A stretch of 64,000 nucleotides of DNA from a bacterium (GCA_026414725.1 JAOAIL010000001.1:136249-200248), one strand, 5' to 3'; shown: positions 1 to 10,288, counted from the stretch's first letter. Made by a program: numbers and translations. Notes: generated from the sequence alone by a model not told the origin.

Positions 1-2
1 TG

Positions 3-788
3 GAGATGGCAGAAAGATTACTTAAACAATATGGAGATGTTTACAGTATTGGAGATATTGTCCACAACCCACTGGTAATGGAAGAACTAAAATCAAATGG
101 GCTTAAGGTTGTAAAATCGTATAAAGAAATAAAAGGAAAGAGGTTTATTGTCCGTTCCCATGGAATAGGGCCAGATACGTTTAAGTATCTCCAGACAAAA
201 GGAGTAAATATCTTTGATGCCACCTGTCCTTCCGTAAAGAAAATCCAGTCTCTGATAAAAACACTGGACAATCAGAAATATTTCATTATAATAATAGGGG
301 ATGCAAAACATCCAGAAGTAATAGGACTGAGAAATTACGGACGGCACACTCTGATTTTTAGTAACAGTGGATTTCCGAAAAAAATAAAGAAATTAGAAAA
401 AGTGGCTGTAATAGGACAGACCACCCTTTCTTTTGATGATTATCTAAGAAAGGTAAGATATCTTAAAGAACAAGAAATTGCTAAAGAGTATGTTATATAT
501 AATACTATATGCAAGGTAACAGGAGAGAGACAGAAAGAGGCAATAGACATAAGTAGAAATGTGGATTTAGTGTTGGTTCTCGGTGGAAAGCATAGTTCTA
601 ATACAGCAAAACTTTATGAAACAGTTAAAATGCACAATAGAAATGTTTTTTATATTGAAAAAATGGATGATATCTATAGTGTTAACCTTTCATGTGTTAA
701 CTCTGTAGGTCTTGTATCAGGGACATCAACCTCTGATGGTTTTATAGAAGAGGTTAAAAAATATATAAAAGAAATAATGGAGGTGTAG
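3..788 (+). CDS. ispH: 4-hydroxy-3-methylbut-2-enyl diphosphate reductase (IspH/LytB), 5' end cut by window edge
   Basis: ORF 6..788 translation resembles IspH C-terminal two-thirds (HNP..V, ATCP.V.K, GGKHSSNT-type segments). The frame is open back to nt 3. It sits directly upstream of rpsA, a common arrangement. Confidence 0.75.
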   Translation, partial: EMAERLLKQYGDVYSIGDIVHNPLVMEELKSNGLKVVKSYKEIKGKRFIVRSHGIGPDTFKYLQTKGVNIFDATCPSVKKIQSLIKTLDNQKYFIIIIGDAKHPEVIGLRNYGRHTLIFSNSGFPKKIKKLEKVAVIGQTTLSFDDYLRKVRYLKEQEIAKEYVIYNTICKVTGERQKEAIDISRNVDLVLVLGGKHSSNTAKLYETVKMHNRNVFYIEKMDDIYSVNLSCVNSVGLVSGTSTSDGFIEEVKKYIKEIMEV

Positions 789-792
789 GGTA

Positions 793-2160
793 ATGGTAGA
801 AAAAATTGATGTAGGAAAATTATTAGAAGAAAAGATAGCCGGTTTTAAACCGGGCTCACTCATTAAAGGCAGAGTTGTGAGGATATTAGATGAGGAGGTG
901 ATAATAGATATAGGGTATAAATCAGAAGGCAGTGTATTGAAAGAAGAATTTAAGGGAGATGAGGTTCATGAGGGAGATGAGGTTGATGTTGTTGTAGAAT
1001 CACTTGACCCTGATGAACACGGTTTTGTCCCCTTATCAAAAGAAAAAGCAGATGTGATTCTTAACTGGGAAAAAATTGAAAGATGTTCTGAGACAGGAGA
1101 GTGGATAGAAGGGACGGTTTTCAGAAGTGTTAAAGGTGGATACAGGGTGGATATTGGAGTTATTGCATTCTTACCTTCTTCTCAGGCAGATATAAATCCT
1201 TTAATAAATCCATCCTCTCTGGTTGGTATGAGGTCTAAGTTTAAAATCATTAATCTTGACTCTATGAGGAAAAATGTTGTTGTTTCAAGACGAAAATATC
1301 TTGAGGAAGAGAGAGAAGAAAAAAAGAAAGAGTATTTTGACAATGTCCATGAGGGACAACTGGTTACAGGTACCGTCAGGAATATAGTGGACTATGGTGC
1401 TTTTATAGAACTGGATTATGGTATTGTTGGACTTCTCCACATCAATGATATGAGCTGGGGAAGAATTAGTCATCCTTCCCAGATGTTGAGCACAGGTCAA
1501 CAGGTAGAGGTTGTGGTTTTAGATGTGGATAAGGAAAGACAGGTTCTATCCTTTGGTCTTAAACAGAAAACACCAAATCCATGGGATAACATTGAAGAGA
1601 AATATCCTGTGGGCTCTATAGTTGAAGGTAAGATAGTCAATATAACTGACTATGGTGCATTTATCAAAATAGAAGAAGGTATAGAAGGACTCTTACATAT
1701 ATCAGAACTTTCATGGACAGGAAGGATTAAAAAACCGTCAGATGTCGTTGCAATGGGAGACACTGTCACAGTTCAGGTAATAGATATAAAGAAAGATGAG
1801 CAGAAGATTTCCTTCAGTTTGAAGAGTTTAGAACCAAACCCCTGGCCTGATATAGCGAAGAAGTATCCGGTTGGCAGTATAGTAAAAGGTAGGGTGTATA
1901 ACATTACTGATTTTGGTGCATTTGTTGAACTGGAGCCAGGGATAGATGGACTTCTGCATATTTCTAATCTTGGAGATGCATCTGTTAAACATCCATCGGA
2001 GGTTTTAAGAAAAGGACAGAAGATAGATGTAATGGTTCTTGAGATAGACCCTGATAACAAAAAAATCTCATTAGGAATTAAGCAGATAGAAGATGTACGT
2101 GATAGTAGAAAGGACGAGGAAATCAAAGGAGGAGATGATGAGAGTACTGATAGTAAATAA
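793..2160 (+). CDS. rpsA: 30S ribosomal protein S1 (multiple S1 RNA-binding repeats, acidic C-terminal tail)
   Basis: 455-aa translation with repeated G.V....DYGAF(V/I)EL..GI.GLLHIS motifs typical of S1 domains. Start 5 nt after the ispH stop. Confidence 0.85.
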   Translation: MVEKIDVGKLLEEKIAGFKPGSLIKGRVVRILDEEVIIDIGYKSEGSVLKEEFKGDEVHEGDEVDVVVESLDPDEHGFVPLSKEKADVILNWEKIERCSETGEWIEGTVFRSVKGGYRVDIGVIAFLPSSQADINPLINPSSLVGMRSKFKIINLDSMRKNVVVSRRKYLEEEREEKKKEYFDNVHEGQLVTGTVRNIVDYGAFIELDYGIVGLLHINDMSWGRISHPSQMLSTGQQVEVVVLDVDKERQVLSFGLKQKTPNPWDNIEEKYPVGSIVEGKIVNITDYGAFIKIEEGIEGLLHISELSWTGRIKKPSDVVAMGDTVTVQVIDIKKDEQKISFSLKSLEPNPWPDIAKKYPVGSIVKGRVYNITDFGAFVELEPGIDGLLHISNLGDASVKHPSEVLRKGQKIDVMVLEIDPDNKKISLGIKQIEDVRDSRKDEEIKGGDDESTDSK

Positions 2161-2932
2161 CTATGAAGAGATGTCAAAAAAGGCAGCAGACATAGTTGCA
2201 GAGATTGTAAGAAAGAAACCGAAATGTGTCCTCGGGCTTGCAACAGGCAGTACCCCTGAAGGGTTATATGCAGAACTTGTAAGGCAACACAAAAAAGACG
2301 GACTGGACTTTTCAAAGGTTACTACATTTAACCTTGATGAGTATTATGGATTATCGGGAGATCATCCTCAGAGTTACCGCTATTTTATGAATGAGAAACT
2401 TTTCAATGGAATAAATATAAAGAAAAAAAACACATTTGTACCTGATGGGACAGTTCCAGTTAAAAAGATAGAAAAATTTTGTAAAGAATATGAAGAAAAG
2501 ATAAAGAAAGCAGGCGGTATAGACCTTCAGGTGCTTGGCATTGGAGGAGATGGACATATCGCCTTCAATGAACCGGGTTCATCTCTTTCTTCAAGAACAC
2601 GGTTGGTTGCTCTGAATGAACAAACAATAAAAGACAATTCAAGGTTTTTCAAAAGTATTGACGAAGTTCCAAAGTATGCTCTTACAATGGGAATTGGTAC
2701 TATCCTTGAAGCAAAAGAACTTTTGTTTCTCGCAAATGGTGAAAAAAAAGCAGAGGTTGTGGCGAAAGCACTTGAAGGGCCTGTAACATCCTCTATTACC
2801 GCTTCTGCTTTACAACTACATCAAAAGGTAACAGTTATTATAGATGAGGCAGCAGCATCCCGATTAAGCAGAATTTCTTTCTATAAATTTGTAGCAGAGG
2901 CAGAAAAAACAATCGGGATGGCTCTATTTTAA
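2138..2932 (+). CDS. nagB: glucosamine-6-phosphate deaminase
   Basis: Translation MRVLIV...GLATGSTP...DGHIAFNEP matches the NagB/6-phosphogluconolactonase fold signatures. AAAGGAGG RBS 5 nt before ATG 2138. The longer ORF from 2093 overlaps the rpsA 3' end and lacks an RBS. Confidence 0.8.
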   Translation: MRVLIVNNYEEMSKKAADIVAEIVRKKPKCVLGLATGSTPEGLYAELVRQHKKDGLDFSKVTTFNLDEYYGLSGDHPQSYRYFMNEKLFNGINIKKKNTFVPDGTVPVKKIEKFCKEYEEKIKKAGGIDLQVLGIGGDGHIAFNEPGSSLSSRTRLVALNEQTIKDNSRFFKSIDEVPKYALTMGIGTILEAKELLFLANGEKKAEVVAKALEGPVTSSITASALQLHQKVTVIIDEAAASRLSRISFYKFVAEAEKTIGMALF

Positions 2933-2934
2933 AA

Positions 2935-3906
2935 ATGGGACTTAAAGAGATTTTTATTGAAAAAGCAAAAAGGTCTTGTAAGAAGATTGTACTGCCGGAA
3001 GGGACAGATGAAAGAATCCAGAGGGCAGCAGAGATACTAAAAAAGGAAAATATTGCAACACCTGTTCTTATAGGCAAAGAAAAGGAGATAATATCTCTCG
3101 CATCTCAACAGGGGATAGATATCTCTGATGTGGAAGTTATAGACCCGATAACATATCCTTATCTCCCTGAACTCGTATCTCATTACTCGGAGACAAGAAA
3201 GGTCAAACAGAGTATTGCAGAGCGGATACTTAAAAAAGACCTTGTTTTTGGCGGTATGCTACTTGCCACAGGTAAGGTAGATGGTATGGTAGCAGGGGCT
3301 GCCAGTACCACAGCAAGTGTAATACAGGCATCCGCACTCACTGTAGGTTATGCTAAAGGAATATCAACACCTTCCAGTTTTTTTATTATGGAACTCACTG
3401 ATGGCAGAGTCCTTTTTTATGCTGATTGTGCGGTGAATATAGACCCTTCTGCACAGCAGTTAGCAGAGATAGCGATCTCCACCTCCCGCAGTTTCATAAA
3501 AATAATGGGGCAGCAATGTAAAACAGCACTTCTTTCATTTTCCACTAAAGGTTCTGCTTCCCATCCCTTTGTAGACAAGGTGCAAAATGCGGTTGGTCTT
3601 GCGAGAGAAATCGCAGATAAAGATATACTTATAGATGGAGAATTTCAGGGTGATACAGCACTTGTTGAAGCAGTTGCGAAAAAGAAATTAAAAGAACCTT
3701 CACCTGTAGCAGGACAGGCAAATGTTCTTATATTCCCTGATATTGATGCAGGCAATATCGCTTATAAACTTACACAATACCTTGCCGGTGCATCTGCATT
3801 TGGTCCTGTACTTCAGGGGTTTGCAAAGCCGGTAAGTGACCTTTCAAGAGGGGCAAAAACAGAAGATATAGTAATAATTTCTGCTATAGTTTGCTGTCTG
3901 GGATAA
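2935..3906 (+). CDS. pta: phosphate acetyltransferase / phosphate butyryltransferase (short Pta/Ptb family)
   Basis: 323 aa. N-terminus KKIVLPEGTDERIQRAAEIL...ATPVLIG is typical of short-form phosphotransacylases. Confidence 0.7.
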   Translation: MGLKEIFIEKAKRSCKKIVLPEGTDERIQRAAEILKKENIATPVLIGKEKEIISLASQQGIDISDVEVIDPITYPYLPELVSHYSETRKVKQSIAERILKKDLVFGGMLLATGKVDGMVAGAASTTASVIQASALTVGYAKGISTPSSFFIMELTDGRVLFYADCAVNIDPSAQQLAEIAISTSRSFIKIMGQQCKTALLSFSTKGSASHPFVDKVQNAVGLAREIADKDILIDGEFQGDTALVEAVAKKKLKEPSPVAGQANVLIFPDIDAGNIAYKLTQYLAGASAFGPVLQGFAKPVSDLSRGAKTEDIVIISAIVCCLG

Positions 3907-4014
3907 ATAAAAGCAGCAAGATTAAAAAATCAGTAAATTCTGTGCATTGAAAAGATTTTTAAAAGTGTTTTATAGTTTTGTTTCTTGGATTTAGAGTTTC
4001 TCAAGGGGGTTTTT

Positions 4015-4554
4015 ATGAATAAGAACATCGTCATCGGTGTCTCTGGTTCTATTGCTGCCTATAAGAGTGCAGAAATTATAAGGGAATTAAAAAAGAAAGG
4101 ATGGGATGTTCAAGTAATTCTTACTAAAGAAGCAACACATTTTATAACTCCTCTTACACTTTCTGTTCTATCAGGTAGACCTGTATATACAGAGATGTTT
4201 GAGATAGAAAATTTTGAAGAAGACCATATATCTGTATCTGAATTTGCTGATATTATACTGGTTGCACCGGCAACAGCAAATATTATAGGTAAGGTTGCAT
4301 CCGGTATCTGTGATGACCTTTTAACCTGTGTAATATCTGCTTTCAAAGGACCTGTTGTTTTTGCTCCTGCAATGAATGAAAATATGTGGTTGAACTCTAT
4401 AACACAGGAAAATGTTGAAAAACTTAAAAAATATGGTTATCATTTTATTCCACCTGAAAAAGGACTTCTGGCATCAGGGAAAGAGGGAATAGGACGGTTA
4501 GCCGATATTAAAAAGATAATATCTTTTATAGAAGAAAAGGTAAAGGAGAGGTAA
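4015..4554 (+). CDS. flavoprotein of the HFCD family, stand-alone phosphopantothenoylcysteine decarboxylase-like (CoaC-like)
   Basis: MNKNIVIGVSGSIAAYKS...PATANIIGK..GICDDLLT...PAMN motif pattern of CoaC/EpiD flavoproteins. AGGGGG RBS before ATG 4015. No fused CoaB domain. Confidence 0.65.
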   Translation: MNKNIVIGVSGSIAAYKSAEIIRELKKKGWDVQVILTKEATHFITPLTLSVLSGRPVYTEMFEIENFEEDHISVSEFADIILVAPATANIIGKVASGICDDLLTCVISAFKGPVVFAPAMNENMWLNSITQENVEKLKKYGYHFIPPEKGLLASGKEGIGRLADIKKIISFIEEKVKER

Positions 4555-4555
4555 A

Positions 4556-5911
4556 ATGGGCAAAAGTTATCCACTTATACCTAAGAAAGTCCCTTATATA
4601 GAAACAAAGTACAGAAGGATAAAGACAGAAATACCTGTACCAGAATCAATCCCGGTACTTGAAAAACTAAGAACCTATGAACCAATTTCAATGAGTGGTC
4701 AACCACTCGTTGTCTGGGACCATGCGGAAGGGATGAATGTCTATGATAATTATGGCAATAAGTGGCTTGATTTTAGTTCTGGAGTTCTTGTTACTAACGC
4801 AGGACATTCTGCCCCTGAAGTCCTTTCTGAAATAAAAAGAATGTTAGAAAAACCCTTACTTCATAACTACTGTTTCCCTTCTGAAATAAGAGCAGAACTT
4901 GTAGAAAAAATTGCTTCTGTATCTCCTGAACCACTAAAAAAGGTTTTTTTACTCACCACAGGTGCTGAAGCAGTTGAGTGTGCCTTTAAACTCGCAAGAA
5001 CATATGGGAAAAAGAAGAATAAAAAAGTAGTAATATCCTATGAAGGTTCTTTCCATGGAAGAACACTTGGGGCTCAGATGCTCGGTGGATTAACTGGTTT
5101 AAAAGAATGGATAGTTAACCCTGACCCTGATATACATCACATGCCATTTCCAGGAGAACCGAGATGCAAAGATAGAAGTTTTGACTTTTTTGAGAAGAGA
5201 TTGAAAAAGTTAAATATAAATCCTAAGGATGTATGTGCTGTTATATCAGAGACATATCAGGGCGTAAGTGGTGCACTTATGCCTGTGGAGTATGCTCAAA
5301 AACTCAGGAAGTGGTGTGATGAACATGGTGTACTCCTAATATTTGACGAAATCCAGGCCGGATTTGGAAGGACAGGAAAGATGTTCGGGTTCATGCACTA
5401 CGGGATACTTCCAGATATATTCTGCTTGGGTAAAGGAATAAGCAGTTCACTTCCCATATCAGCGGTTGTTGGGAAAAAAGAATATATGGACCTTTATGAA
5501 CCAGGGACAATGACAAGTACCCATACAGGGAGCCCACTGTGCTGTGCTGCTGCACTCGGTAGCATAAAAACAGTAGAAAGATATAAACTTGTAGAAAATG
5601 CTGAAAAAATGGGAAGAGTATTTGAGGAAGAACTTACAAGGATATATGAAAAATTTGACTGTGTTCAGTTTTTATGTGGAAAAGGACTTGTATGGGGACT
5701 ACAGATAGGTAAAAAAGGGACTGAAACGCCTGACCCTAATACTGCTTTTGAAATTGTTGGCAGATGTGTAGAAAAAGGGCTATTGCTTTTTGCTCCTGTA
5801 GGACTTGGAGGTGGCACAATAAAGATAAATCCACCTCTCATTATCAATGAGGAAGCAATAAGAGAAGGATGTTCTGTAATTACGGAAGCAATAGAAGAGG
5901 TAACAGGATGA
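4556..5911 (+). CDS. class III (PLP-dependent) aminotransferase
   Basis: 451 aa. LIFDEIQAGFGRTGKMFG segment with the PLP-lysine context is typical of the AcOrn/GABA/omega-aminotransferase family. GGAGAGG RBS. Confidence 0.75.
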   Translation: MGKSYPLIPKKVPYIETKYRRIKTEIPVPESIPVLEKLRTYEPISMSGQPLVVWDHAEGMNVYDNYGNKWLDFSSGVLVTNAGHSAPEVLSEIKRMLEKPLLHNYCFPSEIRAELVEKIASVSPEPLKKVFLLTTGAEAVECAFKLARTYGKKKNKKVVISYEGSFHGRTLGAQMLGGLTGLKEWIVNPDPDIHHMPFPGEPRCKDRSFDFFEKRLKKLNINPKDVCAVISETYQGVSGALMPVEYAQKLRKWCDEHGVLLIFDEIQAGFGRTGKMFGFMHYGILPDIFCLGKGISSSLPISAVVGKKEYMDLYEPGTMTSTHTGSPLCCAAALGSIKTVERYKLVENAEKMGRVFEEELTRIYEKFDCVQFLCGKGLVWGLQIGKKGTETPDPNTAFEIVGRCVEKGLLLFAPVGLGGGTIKINPPLIINEEAIREGCSVITEAIEEVTG

Positions 5912-7140
5912 ATATAAAACAGGCAGTTGAAAAAAATTTAAAAGAATCAGTAGATTTCCTTAAAGAACTTATAAAAATTCCGAGTATATCTGGAGAAAGA
6001 GAAGAACAGGCACAGGAGTTTATAAAAGATAAGTTTAACCAGTTTGGAAAAGTTAACCTTATCCCTGTTCCAGAAGATATCAAGAAAGACCCGGAATATA
6101 CTTTAGCAGAAAAAGAACTGGATTACTCAAAAAGGAAAAACCTTATCCTTGAACTTCCATCATCAGGTGAAGGAAGGTCTCTTATTCTTAATTCACATAT
6201 AGATGTGGTTCCTGCAAAGACATGGGATGATGCTTTTTCTCCTGTAGAAAAAGATGGTTTTATATATGGTAGAGGTGCCTGTGATGCAAAAGGACAGATT
6301 GCTGCAATATATCTTACATTGCTTACATTGAAAGAGATTGGAGTAAATCTTAAAGGGAATCTTATTGCTCAGTCAGTAATAGAGGAAGAGGTAGGTGGTA
6401 ATGGAGCACTTGCGCTTATCAGACAGGGTTATAAGGCAGATGGTGTTATAGTTCTTGAAGCAACAGGTTTGAATATATGCCCTGCAAACCGTGGTGCTGT
6501 CTGGTATCGTCTGGAAATTAAAGGTAAAAGTGTTCATATGGGCAGAATTACAGAAGGGGTGAATGCCATTGAGAAAACATGCCATTTGATGCACCGTATG
6601 AAAGAGTACGAAAGACGATTGATAGAAGAGAGTAAAAATGTCCCTCTCTTTGAAAAATATAAACAACCGGTACAGGTAAATTTTGGTACTATAAGAGGAG
6701 ATGGTTGGCCATCTATGGTATGCGGTTATGTTGTCCTTGAAGGAGGTGTGGGATTTTTACCTAATAAGGACCTTGCAACAATAAAGAAGGAACTAAAAAG
6801 AGTTATAGAAGATTGCGGTGACCACTGGATTATAAATAACTATAATCTCTCATTTCCTAAACTACACAATGATGCTTATGCTATACCCCCAGACCACCCG
6901 CTCGTGGAGATAATGAGAAAATCAGCAATAGATTCAGGAACTATACCTGATGTGGAGGGTTTTATAGCCAGTTGTGATGCACGTCTTTTTAATAAAGTGG
7001 GGAATATGCCGGTAGTTGTTTTTGGTCCGGGGAAACTTGAGGATGCCCACTCAGACACAGAGAAGATAAAAATAGAAGAGATAAAGACAGCAGCAGAGAT
7101 TCTTACATTAACAGTAATTAACTGGTGTAATAACTCATAG
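5908..7140 (+). CDS. M20-family metallopeptidase (ArgE/DapE-like deacylase)
   Basis: NSHIDVVPA and GRGACDAKGQIAA segments are characteristic of M20 peptidases. ATGA overlap with the upstream aminotransferase. The ORF-track start at 5869 is an N-terminal extension. Confidence 0.7.
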   Translation: MNIKQAVEKNLKESVDFLKELIKIPSISGEREEQAQEFIKDKFNQFGKVNLIPVPEDIKKDPEYTLAEKELDYSKRKNLILELPSSGEGRSLILNSHIDVVPAKTWDDAFSPVEKDGFIYGRGACDAKGQIAAIYLTLLTLKEIGVNLKGNLIAQSVIEEEVGGNGALALIRQGYKADGVIVLEATGLNICPANRGAVWYRLEIKGKSVHMGRITEGVNAIEKTCHLMHRMKEYERRLIEESKNVPLFEKYKQPVQVNFGTIRGDGWPSMVCGYVVLEGGVGFLPNKDLATIKKELKRVIEDCGDHWIINNYNLSFPKLHNDAYAIPPDHPLVEIMRKSAIDSGTIPDVEGFIASCDARLFNKVGNMPVVVFGPGKLEDAHSDTEKIKIEEIKTAAEILTLTVINWCNNS

Positions 7141-7277
7141 TTAATATAGCAATTTTATGAAAATTTACCATTGAGACAACTCAGATTGTAAATTTCATAT
7201 CCCGCTTATTATTCAAATATTTCTTAATTATGAGAAAAACTCACTTCAAAGAGATTATTTCTGAGAAACTGCGGTGG

Positions 7278-7306
7278 TTGAATTATAGAAAAAGAAATGG
7301 TAAAAT
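7278..7306 (+). promoter_or_regulatory. sigma70-like promoter TTGAAT-17 nt-TAAAAT upstream of the YHS micro-ORF
   Basis: Hexamers read directly: TTGAAT at 7278-7283, 17-nt spacer, TAAAAT at 7301-7306, about 22 nt upstream of ATG 7328. Confidence 0.3.
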
Positions 7307-7327
7307 TTCCTTAAAAAGGAAGGTACT

Positions 7328-7489
7328 ATGGCTATAAAAAAATATAAAGATGTGGTATGCAGAATGTGGTTGAAGAAAGAAACAAAAAATAAGGTGGATA
7401 AAGACGGAAAAACATATTATTTCTGCAGTCCTGCCTGTAAAGAGAAGTTTGAGAAGGACACAGAAAAATATCTTAAACTCGTTGGATAA
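7328..7489 (+). CDS. YHS/TRASH-domain metal-binding micro-protein (53 aa), absent from the supplied ORF track
   Basis: Translation MAIKKYKDVVCRMWLKKETKNKVDKDGKTYYFCSPACKEKFEKDTEKYLKLVG contains the YHS signature (D.VC.M.V....TYYFCS..C...F). Its TAA stop overlaps the ATG of the next gene (TAATG). Confidence 0.55.
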   Translation: MAIKKYKDVVCRMWLKKETKNKVDKDGKTYYFCSPACKEKFEKDTEKYLKLVG

Positions 7490-8034
7490 TGAAAGAAATA
7501 CCTGAACTTGTCGTTCTTGATGTTGAAACCACAGGTCTTGACCCTGTTGAAGGTAGAATAGTAGAGATTGCATTGATAAGAATAAAAGAAGGCAATGTTG
7601 TAGAAAAATTTGTCACTTTATTAAATCCTGAAGTAAAAATCCCTCCTGAGGTCTCTTTCATACATGGTATAAAAGATGAGCAAATTAAAGATGCTCCACT
7701 CTTCAGAGATATTGCAGAAAAGGTCCTTGAGATTATAAATGGGAGAACAATCCTTGTCCATAATGCGGACTTTGATATACCATTTTTAAAAAAAGAACTG
7801 AATCTATGTGGATTGGACCTTTCAGAAATAAAAGTTATTGATACTCTAGCAATAGCGAGGAACTATTTCTGTTTTCCTAAAAATTCTTTATCTACAATAG
7901 CACTATATTATGAAATTGATATATCTGGTTATCATAGAGCTGAAGCAGATGCGATGATTACATATAAGGTTTACTGCAAACTTATAGAGGAACTTAATAG
8001 AAAAAATAAATTTGACAAAAATATACAGGTGTGA
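7489..8034 (+). CDS. DEDDh 3'-5' exonuclease (DNA polymerase III epsilon-like)
   Basis: LVVLDVETTGLDP (Exo I) ... HNADFDIPFL (Exo II) ... YHRAEADA (Exo III) motifs. Confidence 0.75.
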   Translation: MKEIPELVVLDVETTGLDPVEGRIVEIALIRIKEGNVVEKFVTLLNPEVKIPPEVSFIHGIKDEQIKDAPLFRDIAEKVLEIINGRTILVHNADFDIPFLKKELNLCGLDLSEIKVIDTLAIARNYFCFPKNSLSTIALYYEIDISGYHRAEADAMITYKVYCKLIEELNRKNKFDKNIQV

Positions 8035-8257
8035 AAAAATAGGTTGTTGGCAGGACATAGATGAAACAGATTTATTTTATAGTAAGAGGAGTAATAAAGA
8101 GATTTTACGAACCCCCCATAATGGATTTCTATTCAGATGGGCAATACCTTAAATCTGTTTAAAATATATGGTCTCATTTATTACCCCCTGTCTACAGGAA
8201 GTCCTGGAAAGTAAGACTTTCTGTATATTCAGGGGTTGAAGAAAGGAGGGACGAAGG

Positions 8258-8467
8258 ATGGCGAAGGAAAGAGGTAAAGTGAAGTGGTTCAATAATGCCA
8301 AGGGATATGGTTTTATTGAACGAGAAGGCGGAAAAGAAGATGTCTTTGTTCACTATTCCGCTATAGTCGGAGAAGGATACCGCACTCTTCAGGAAGGTGA
8401 TACTGTAGAGTTTGAAGTTGTATCCAGTGACAAAGGACTTCAGGCATCAAAAGTAACAAAGGTATAA
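8258..8467 (+). CDS. cspA: cold-shock protein (CspA family)
   Basis: [15 protein letters not shown]....DVFVHYSAI are the RNP1/RNP2 motifs. 69 aa. AAGGAGG RBS. A roughly 220-nt upstream region is typical of csp leaders. Confidence 0.85.
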   Translation: MAKERGKVKWFNNAKGYGFIEREGGKEDVFVHYSAIVGEGYRTLQEGDTVEFEVVSSDKGLQASKVTKV

Positions 8468-8536
8468 ATCCATACCAATCCGGATATAACCTGGCATAGA
8501 TGCCATTCCTGTATAGATTGAGAATCGTACAGTAAA

Positions 8537-8565
8537 AGAGGGGGAGGGTTTTACCCTTCCCCTCT
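8537..8565 (+). terminator. GC-rich hairpin after cspA (AGAGGGGGAGGG-TTTTA-CCCTTCCCCTCT), no clean U-tract
   Basis: Imperfect inverted repeat read directly from the sequence. A second 6-bp stem (CCCTGC...GCAGGG) follows. Confidence 0.3.
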
Positions 8566-8611
8566 ATCTCCCTGCTGTGTAAAACCTTGCAGGGAATGAA
8601 TAAGGAATCAG

Positions 8612-10288
8612 ATGAATAGAAAATGGACAAGTGGGTGGATACTTGTTGCTTGTTTTGTTATTTCTAAGGTTTCTCTTTTATGTGCAGTGGATAATATCTC
8701 CGGACGACTAAAGATGGCATATGAAGCACATAAAAGAGGTATGTATTCACTATCAAACTCTCAGATAGATAAATATCTTAAAGAAAACCCGTCACCTCCT
8801 GATGTTGACTATGCCCACCTTCTGTATGGTGTTAATCTTTTATATCTTGAAGAGGTAGATAAGGCAATAGATAAATTGAATATCATTGTAAAGAAAAGAC
8901 CAGAATCTGAATTTCTAAAAGATGCTATGACATATCTTGTTCTGGCATATCTTAAAAAAACAGATATAGCATCTGCTATTTCATTATATTCCGAATATAA
9001 AAATAGATTCTCTTCTGATGATTCTCTCGAAAATCAGATAGCACAGGTAGTACTCTCAACAGCAGTAACATTGTTTAAAAAGGGTGATATTAAAAAAAGT
9101 AGAGAATTTTTCAGTATTATATCTAAACTAAACATATCTAAATACATGCCTGAAGCACTATATTATGAAGGATTGACCTACTATCAAGAAAATGATTTTG
9201 ACAAGGCAATAGAGCTTTTCAAAAAAGCATCAGAGATGTCACAAACAGAACAAGAACAGAAAGAAATTCTGGCAGATATTTATCTGAAATTGGGGGACTG
9301 TTTTTTAAATAAAAAGGATTATTCTGCAGCAGAACATTATTTCAACAGGGTATGTGATGAATTTCCTGATACTATATACAGTAGTTGGGCATCTTTCCAG
9401 ATGTCTATTATTGAAAAGAGAAAGGGGAACCTTGAAAAAGCTGTATCTCTGCTGGAAGGAATAAGAAGTAGTGAAGAAGATATTCAATTCAAAGTACTTT
9501 CTGAACTGGCGAATGTAAAAATGTTACAGGAAAAATGGGAAGAGTCAGAGACATACCTTAAAGAGATAACGGAGCTAAAACCAGAAGATAAAAACCTATC
9601 TGATATTTATATTAAACTGGGCTTTGTAAACTTCAATATGGGTGAATATGAAGAATCTATAATCTACTTTAAAAAAGTCCTTGAAATATCTTCAGATAGT
9701 AAAGCAAAAGAAGATGCATACTTCTGGCTTGGCTATACATATTATATAAAGAATCTATTTGATGACTCTCAGAAAGTATGGGAAAAACTACGAATAGAAT
9801 TTCCTGATAGCAGGTATATTCACGAGATATTATTTTTCACTGGAAAAAGATACTATGAGTCAGGGAGATATACTGAAGCAGACAGATATTTTTCAGAACT
9901 TATTACAAAATTTCCTGAAAGTTCCTTCTATGAAACCACAATTGAAATGCTTATAGACAGTAAGATACAACAGGGGAAACTAAATGAGGCACTTCAACTG
10001 TGTGATGAATTTCTTAAAAAAGGGAAAAACGAGACAATATCTTTTCTCTATGGTAAAACACTTTTCCTTCTGAAGGACTTCAAAAAAGCAAAATCTATTT
10101 TAGAAAAACTGCAGAGTGTTAAACCCTCAGAAAAGGTAGAAGCAACATATTATCTTGCCAATATATATGAAAAACAAGGGGAGATAGACAAAGCACAGGA
10201 AAAATATCTGGAGATCATCACATTCTTTACTGACTTTCCTGAATGGGTAAGGTATGCAGAAGAAAACCTTAAACGTCTTAAAAAATGA
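8612..10288 (+). CDS. secreted tetratricopeptide-repeat (TPR) protein
   Basis: Hydrophobic N-terminal signal-like segment. Many TPR-like A..Y..G..YY/W.GY repeats. Confidence 0.6.
   Translation: MNRKWTSGWILVACFVISKVSLLCAVDNISGRLKMAYEAHKRGMYSLSNSQIDKYLKENPSPPDVDYAHLLYGVNLLYLEEVDKAIDKLNIIVKKRPESEFLKDAMTYLVLAYLKKTDIASAISLYSEYKNRFSSDDSLENQIAQVVLSTAVTLFKKGDIKKSREFFSIISKLNISKYMPEALYYEGLTYYQENDFDKAIELFKKASEMSQTEQEQKEILADIYLKLGDCFLNKKDYSAAEHYFNRVCDEFPDTIYSSWASFQMSIIEKRKGNLEKAVSLLEGIRSSEEDIQFKVLSELANVKMLQEKWEESETYLKEITELKPEDKNLSDIYIKLGFVNFNMGEYEESIIYFKKVLEISSDSKAKEDAYFWLGYTYYIKNLFDDSQKVWEKLRIEFPDSRYIHEILFFTGKRYYESGRYTEADRYFSELITKFPESSFYETTIEMLIDSKIQQGKLNEALQLCDEFLKKGKNETISFLYGKTLFLLKDFKKAKSILEKLQSVKPSEKVEATYYLANIYEKQGEIDKAQEKYLEIITFFTDFPEWVRYAEENLKRLKK

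Noticed and set aside
1773-2315. 180-aa minus-strand ORF antisense to rpsA/nagB, plus similar antisense ORFs at 18573..19007, 18944..19330, 26038..26554, 33265..33717, 38781..39572, 48716..49167 and 62007..62489
   Set aside because: All lie entirely inside strongly supported genes on the opposite strand. They have low-complexity or Ser/Leu/Phe-rich translations and no RBS. They are typical shadow ORFs of AT-rich DNA.
8070-8170. 33-aa ORF (MKQIYFIVRGVIKRFYEPPIMDFYSDGQYLKSV) in the cspA upstream region
   Set aside because: No convincing RBS or conservation signal. It is more likely part of a long structured csp 5' leader.
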